Of a stretch of DNA of 64,000 nucleotides, positions 58,580 to 64,000 are shown piece after piece. The stretch covers positions 1 through 64,000 of the forward strand of contig JAUCBJ010004858.1 of the NCBI GenBank assembly GCA_032718475.1, written 5' to 3'. Origin of the DNA: Nemertoderma westbladi (Eukaryota > Animalia > Xenacoelomorpha). The notes under the pieces were generated by a model. The model had not been told where the DNA came from, did no database searches, and saw only the letters and a list, made by a program, of their open reading frames with translations. Numbering within the stretch: position 1 is the stretch's first letter; each line of letters starts with the position of its first letter. Made by a program: the position numbers and the translations under genes.

Positions 58580-60834
58580 CTGCAGAGCACAGGTAGAAGA
58601 TAGAGGACCACTGTATCTGTAGAGCACAAGTAGAAGATAGATGACCACTGTATCTGTAGAGCACAGGTAGAAGATAGAGGACCACTGTATCTGTAGAGCA
58701 CAAGTAGAATATAGAGGACCACTGTATCTGTAGAGCACAGGTAGAAGATAGAGGACCACTGTATCTGTAGAGCACAAGTAGAAGATAGATGACCACTGTA
58801 TCTGTAGAGCACAAGTAGAAGATAGAGGACCACTGTATCTGTAGAGCACAGGTAGAAGATAGAGGACCACTGTATCTGTAGAGCACAAGTAGAATATAGA
58901 GGACCACTGTATCTGTAGAGCACAGGTAGAAGATAGAGGACCACTGTATCTGTAGCGCACAGGTAGAAGATAGAGGACCACTGTATCTGTAGAGCACAGG
59001 TAGAAGATAGAGGACCACTGTATCTGTAGAGCACAGGTAGAAGGTAGAGGACCACTGTATCTGCAGAGCACAGGTAGAAGATAGAGGACCACTGTATCTG
59101 CAGAGCACAGGTAAAAGATAGAGGACCACTGTATCTGGAGAGCACTAGTAGAAAATAGAGGATCACTGTATCTGCAGAGCACAAGTAGAAGATAGATGAC
59201 CACTGTATCTGGAGAGCACAAGTAGAAGATAGAGGACCACTGTATCTGGAGAGCACAGGTAGAAGATAGAGGACCACTGTATCTGTAGAGCACAAGTAGA
59301 AGATAGAGGATCACTGTATCTGTAGAGCACAAGTAGAAGATAGAGGACCAATGTATCTGTAGAGCACAAGTAGAAGATAGAGGATCACTGTATCTGTAGA
59401 GCACAAGTAGAAGATAGATGACCACTGTATCTGGAGAGCACAAGTAGAAGATAGAGGACCACTGTATCTGTAGAGCACAAGTAGAAGATAGAGGACCACT
59501 GTATCTGTAGAGCACAAGTAGAAGATAGAGGACCACTGTATCTGTAGAGCACAGGTAGAAGATAGAGGACCACTGTATCTGTAGAGCACAGGTAGAAGAT
59601 AGAGGACCACTGTATCTGTAGAGCACAGGTAGAAGATAGAGGACCACTGTATCTGTAGAGCACAGGTAGAAGATAGAGGACCACTGTATCTGCAGAGCAC
59701 AGGTAGAAGAAAGAGGATCACTGTATCTGTAGAGCACAAGTAGAAGATAGAGGACCACTGTATCTGTAGAGCACAAGTAGAAGATAGAGGACCACTGTAT
59801 CTGTAGAGCACAGGTAGAAGATAGAGGACCACTGTATCTGTAGAGCACAGGTAGAAGATAGAGGACCACTGTATCTGTAGAGCACAAGTAGAAGATAGAG
59901 GACCACTGTATCTGTAGAGCACAGGTAGAAGATAGAGGACCACTGTATCTGTAGAGCACAGGTAGAAGATAGAGAACCACTGTATCTGTAGAGCACAAGT
60001 AGAAGATAGAGGACCACTGTATCTGTAGAGCACAGGTAGAAGATAGAGGACCACTGTATCTGTAGAGCACAGGTAGAAGATAGAGGACCACTGTATCTGT
60101 AGAGCACAGGTAGAAGATAGAGGACCACTGTATCTGTAGAGCACAGGTAGAAGATAGAGGACCACTGTATCTGTAGCGCACAGGTAGAAGATAGAGGACC
60201 ACTGTATCTGTAGAGCACAGGTAGAAGATAGAGGACCACTGTATCTGTAGAGCACAAGGCGAAGATGGAGGACCACTGTATCTGTAGAGCACAGGTAGAA
60301 GATAGAGGACCACTGTATCTGTAGAGCACAGGTAGAAGGTAGAGGACCACTGTATCTGTAGAGCACAAGTAGAAGATAGAGGACCACTGTATCTGTAGAG
60401 CACAGGTAGAAGATAGAGGACCACTGTATCTGTAGAGCACAGGTAGAAGATAGAGGACCACTGTATCTGTAGAGCACAGGTAGAAGATATAGGACCACTG
60501 TATCTGTAGAGCACAAGTAGAAGATAGAGGACCACTGTATCTGTAGAGCACAGGTAGAAGATAGAGGACCACTGTATCTGTAGAGCACAGGTAGAAGATA
60601 GAGGACCACTGTATCTGTAGAGCACAGGTAGAAGATAGAGGACCACTGTATCTGTAGAGCACAGGTAGAAGATAGAGGACCACTGTATCTGTAGAGCACA
60701 GGTAGAAGATAGAGGACCACTGTATCTGTAGAGCACAGGTAGAAGATAGAGGACCACTGTATCTGTAGAGCACAAGTAGAATATAGAGGACCATTGTATC
60801 TGTAGAGCACAGGTAGAAGATAGAGGACCACTGA
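58578..60834. repeat. Minisatellite, 37-bp unit CTGTATCTGTAGAGCACAGGTAGAAGATAGAGGACCA, ~61 copies; acceptor-like on minus strand
   Basis: Minus unit TGGTCCTCTATCTTCTACCTGTGCTCTACAG|ATACAG. Confidence 0.97.
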
Positions 60835-61502
60835 CAAACTTAATTTTTAACTTTACATACAAAACTAGATTTCACAATGCCATAATAATAATGGAATAGT
60901 AGTAATGGAATATAGACAATATAGTTGACATTGCCTACATACAACAAATAGTTCCTATAAATTATTATTATTCTGGGAGTTTCTGGATTACAATAATGAA
61001 ATAATGTTTATTTATGTTTTTATTTTGTTTGTTTGTTTATTTATTATGTTTCTCTAAAAAGTTTTAGAAAATTGGATCAATGCTATGCCTAAAGGAACAA
61101 AGTGATTTAAAAAGTTAAATATTAATATATTAAGTAATTAATATAAGTATTCTGATGACTGAAGATTTACATCCCGCGTGCTTGCACGCCCTATTATAGT
61201 TAACTCGTAATAGTCATACGTAGTATTACTTAATTATTTTAGTTTTTTTTAATTAAATTTTGCCTTAATTTTTCGATCTATTGTTTTTGTATAATTTTGG
61301 TAACTTTACCTTTATTATTTTATATTATAATTACTCAGCAACCGGAGTATTTGACGAATTAAGAAAACAATAATTAATTATTAATCAAATATTGGGCGTG
61401 TAGATGATAGCACGATAGTACAAGTTAGTGTTATTATTGCTCATACAAATTAGTTAAATTAGAAATAAAATTAAATTTAGAATCAACTCACGAATGACTT
61501 AC

Positions 61503-61571
61503 CTCAGCTGGCGTACATGTTACTAATACTTCACCAGACTCACTTGACATTGTATTAGTTGTACATTCCAT
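61503..61571 (-). CDS. Possible upstream exon MECTTNTMSSESGEVLVTCTPAE
   Basis: ATG-initiated 23 codons ending in a strong GAG|gtaagt donor, phase 0; no recognisable homology. Confidence 0.3.
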
Positions 61572-61661
61572 TGTATAACACCAGCGGCAGTTAGTTTCTT
61601 TAAAAAAATCGCAAGTTTATTTTCCTTTCCACCAAAGTGATCACATTTGCCGCCCCCTAAT

Positions 61662-63570
61662 CTATATTGTGTGGGGCATGGTATATATATACACCATACA
61701 CCTACCTATATTGTGTGGGGCATGGTATATATATACACCATACACCTACCTATATTGTGTGGGGCATGGTATATATATACACCATACACCTACCTATATT
61801 GTGTGGGGCGTGGTATATATATACACCACACACCTACCTATATTGTGTGGGGCATGGTATATATATACACCATTGATACACCTACCTATATTGTGTGGGG
61901 CATGGTATATATATACACCATACACCTACCTATATTGTGTGGGGAATGGTATATATATACACCATACACCTACCTATATTGTTTGGGACATGGTATATAT
62001 ATACACCATTGATACACCTACCTATATTGTGTGGGGCATGGTATATATATATACACCTACCTATATTGTGTGGGGAATGGTATATATATACACCATACAC
62101 CTACCTATATTGTTTGGGACATGGTATATATATACACCATACACCTACCTATATTGTGTGGGCCATGGTATATATATACACCATACACCTACCTATATTG
62201 TGTGGGGCATGGTATATATATACACCATACACCTACCTATATTGTGTGGGGAATGGTATATATATACACCATACACCTACCTATATTGTGTGGGGCATGG
62301 TATATATATACACCATACACCTACCTATATTGTGTGGGGAATGGTATATATATACACCATACACCTACCTATATTGTTTGGGACATGGTATATATATACA
62401 CCATACACCTACCTATATTGTGTGGGGCATGGTATATATATACACCATACACCTACCTATATTGTGTGGGGAATGGTATATATATACACCATACACCTAC
62501 CTATATTGTGTGGGGAATGGTATATATATACACCATACACCTACCTATATTGTTTGGGACATGGTATATATATACACCATTGATACACCTACCTATATTG
62601 TGTGGGGCATGGTATATATATACACCATACACCTACCTATATTGTGTGGGGCATGGTATATATATACAACATACACCTACCTATATTGTGTGGGGCATGG
62701 TATATATATACACCATACAGCTACCTATATTGTGTGGGGCATGGTATATATATACACCATACACCTACCTATATTGTGTGGGGCATGGTATATATATACA
62801 CCATACACCTACCTATATTGTGTGGGGCGTGGTATATATATACACCATACACCTACCTATATTGTGTGGGGCGTGGTATATATATACACCATACACCTAC
62901 CTATATTGTGTGGGGCGTGGTATATATATACACCATACACCTACTTATATTGTGTGGGGCATGGTATATATATACACCATACACCTACCTATATTGTGTG
63001 GGGCATGGTATATATATACACCATACACCTACCTATATTGTGTGGGGCATGGTATATATATACACCATACACCTACCTATATTGTGTGGGGCGTGGTATA
63101 TATATACACCATACACCTACCTATATTGTGTGGGGCGTGGTATATATATACACCATACACCTACCTATATTGTGTGGGGCGTGCGTGGTATATATATACA
63201 CCATACACCTACCTATATTGTGTGGGGCATGGTATATATATACACCATACACCTACTTATATTGTGTGGGGCATGGTATATATATACACCATACACCTAC
63301 CTATATTGTGTGGGGCGTGGTATATATATACACCATACACCTACCTATATTGTGTGGGGCGTGGTATATATATACACCATACACCTACCTATATTGTGTG
63401 GGGCGTGGTATATATATACACCATACACCTACCTATATTGTGTGGGGCGTGGTATATATATACACCATACACCTACCTATATTGTGTGGGGCGTGGTATA
63501 TATATACACCATACACCTACTTATATTGTGTGGGGCGTGGTATATATATACACCATACACCTACCTATAT
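61662..63570. repeat. Minisatellite, 44-bp unit CTATATTGTGTGGGGCATGGTATATATATACACCATACACCTAC, ~43 copies
   Basis: Direct reading; minus strand has ATAG|GTAGGT in each unit and an internal ATGGT..ACCAT hairpin. Confidence 0.97.
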
Positions 63571-64000
63571 CCAGTTAAAGGTTCGAGGATAATGCTAATA
63601 ATATTTTACACTCATTTCCAATACGTCATCATATTTTATTACATTTTGCATTTCAAAATTGAAATGAAACATGAAAAATGAAACATTTCATTGAAACATC
63701 ATTTTTTGAGTGGGAAGGCGACGTTTTATTTAGGTTATTGATAAAAGGCCCGGGTAACATAAGCTTTCAACCGAAAACTTTCAATAAGCGTTAGTCCTGT
63801 GTTCATCTTAACTGGAAGTTGAAAGCGAACATTTATTGCATTATTGACAACCAATCAGAAGAAACAACTCTTTTATATCCGGTTATTTGAAAGTTGAAAG
63901 ATTTTGTGTGATCCTTATTCTAGAAACATATTTACACCAATAAAGTTCCACGTTTTTTCCCATGTAATACGTAATTTTATTCTTAAATTGGTACTTTTTT

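Noticed and set aside
17081-63570. Tandem arrays as CRISPR arrays
   Set aside because: Units are head-to-tail with no unique spacers, there are no cas genes, and the context is eukaryotic introns.
58496-63681. Long ORFs (788, 565, 515, 508 aa etc.) as proteins
   Set aside because: They are translations of stop-free 37- and 44-bp repeat units cycling through all frames, with no independent coding signal.

Overview
AT-rich animal (probably invertebrate) genomic DNA, not prokaryotic. Most of the window is one large minus-strand gene for a secreted FCGBP/zonadhesin/gel-forming-mucin-like protein. By hand I assembled 26 GT-AG exons (55850 down to 431) with fully compatible phases, totalling 4266 nt = 1422 codons; the gene runs off the left edge. 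Domain order: signal peptide - acidic linker - WSC - 3x CysD/WxxW - VWD(GDPH)-C8-TIL-TILa/EGF - polybasic furin-like site - VWD(GDPH)-C8-TIL-TILa/EGF - chitin-binding CBM14 - divergent VWD. The introns hold a tRNA-Leu(TAG), a nested opposite-strand 696-aa zinc-finger/heptad-repeat ORF, a decayed BEL/Pao LTR element followed by extra CCHC-knuckle ORFs, Harbinger- and MULE-type MITEs, RTE fragments and a tRNA-derived SINE. Twelve unrelated minisatellite arrays make up roughly 45% of the window. The standout pattern is that these arrays are not placed at random. Five start exactly at a 5' splice site and are tandem copies of the exon end and/or the GT donor itself, so tens to about 200 donor-like sites follow the real one. 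Others copy an acceptor-like site or lie just upstream of a 3' splice site. One donor array (33-bp unit) is stop-free and frame-preserving. Most long ORFs in the supplied track are artefacts of these repeats.
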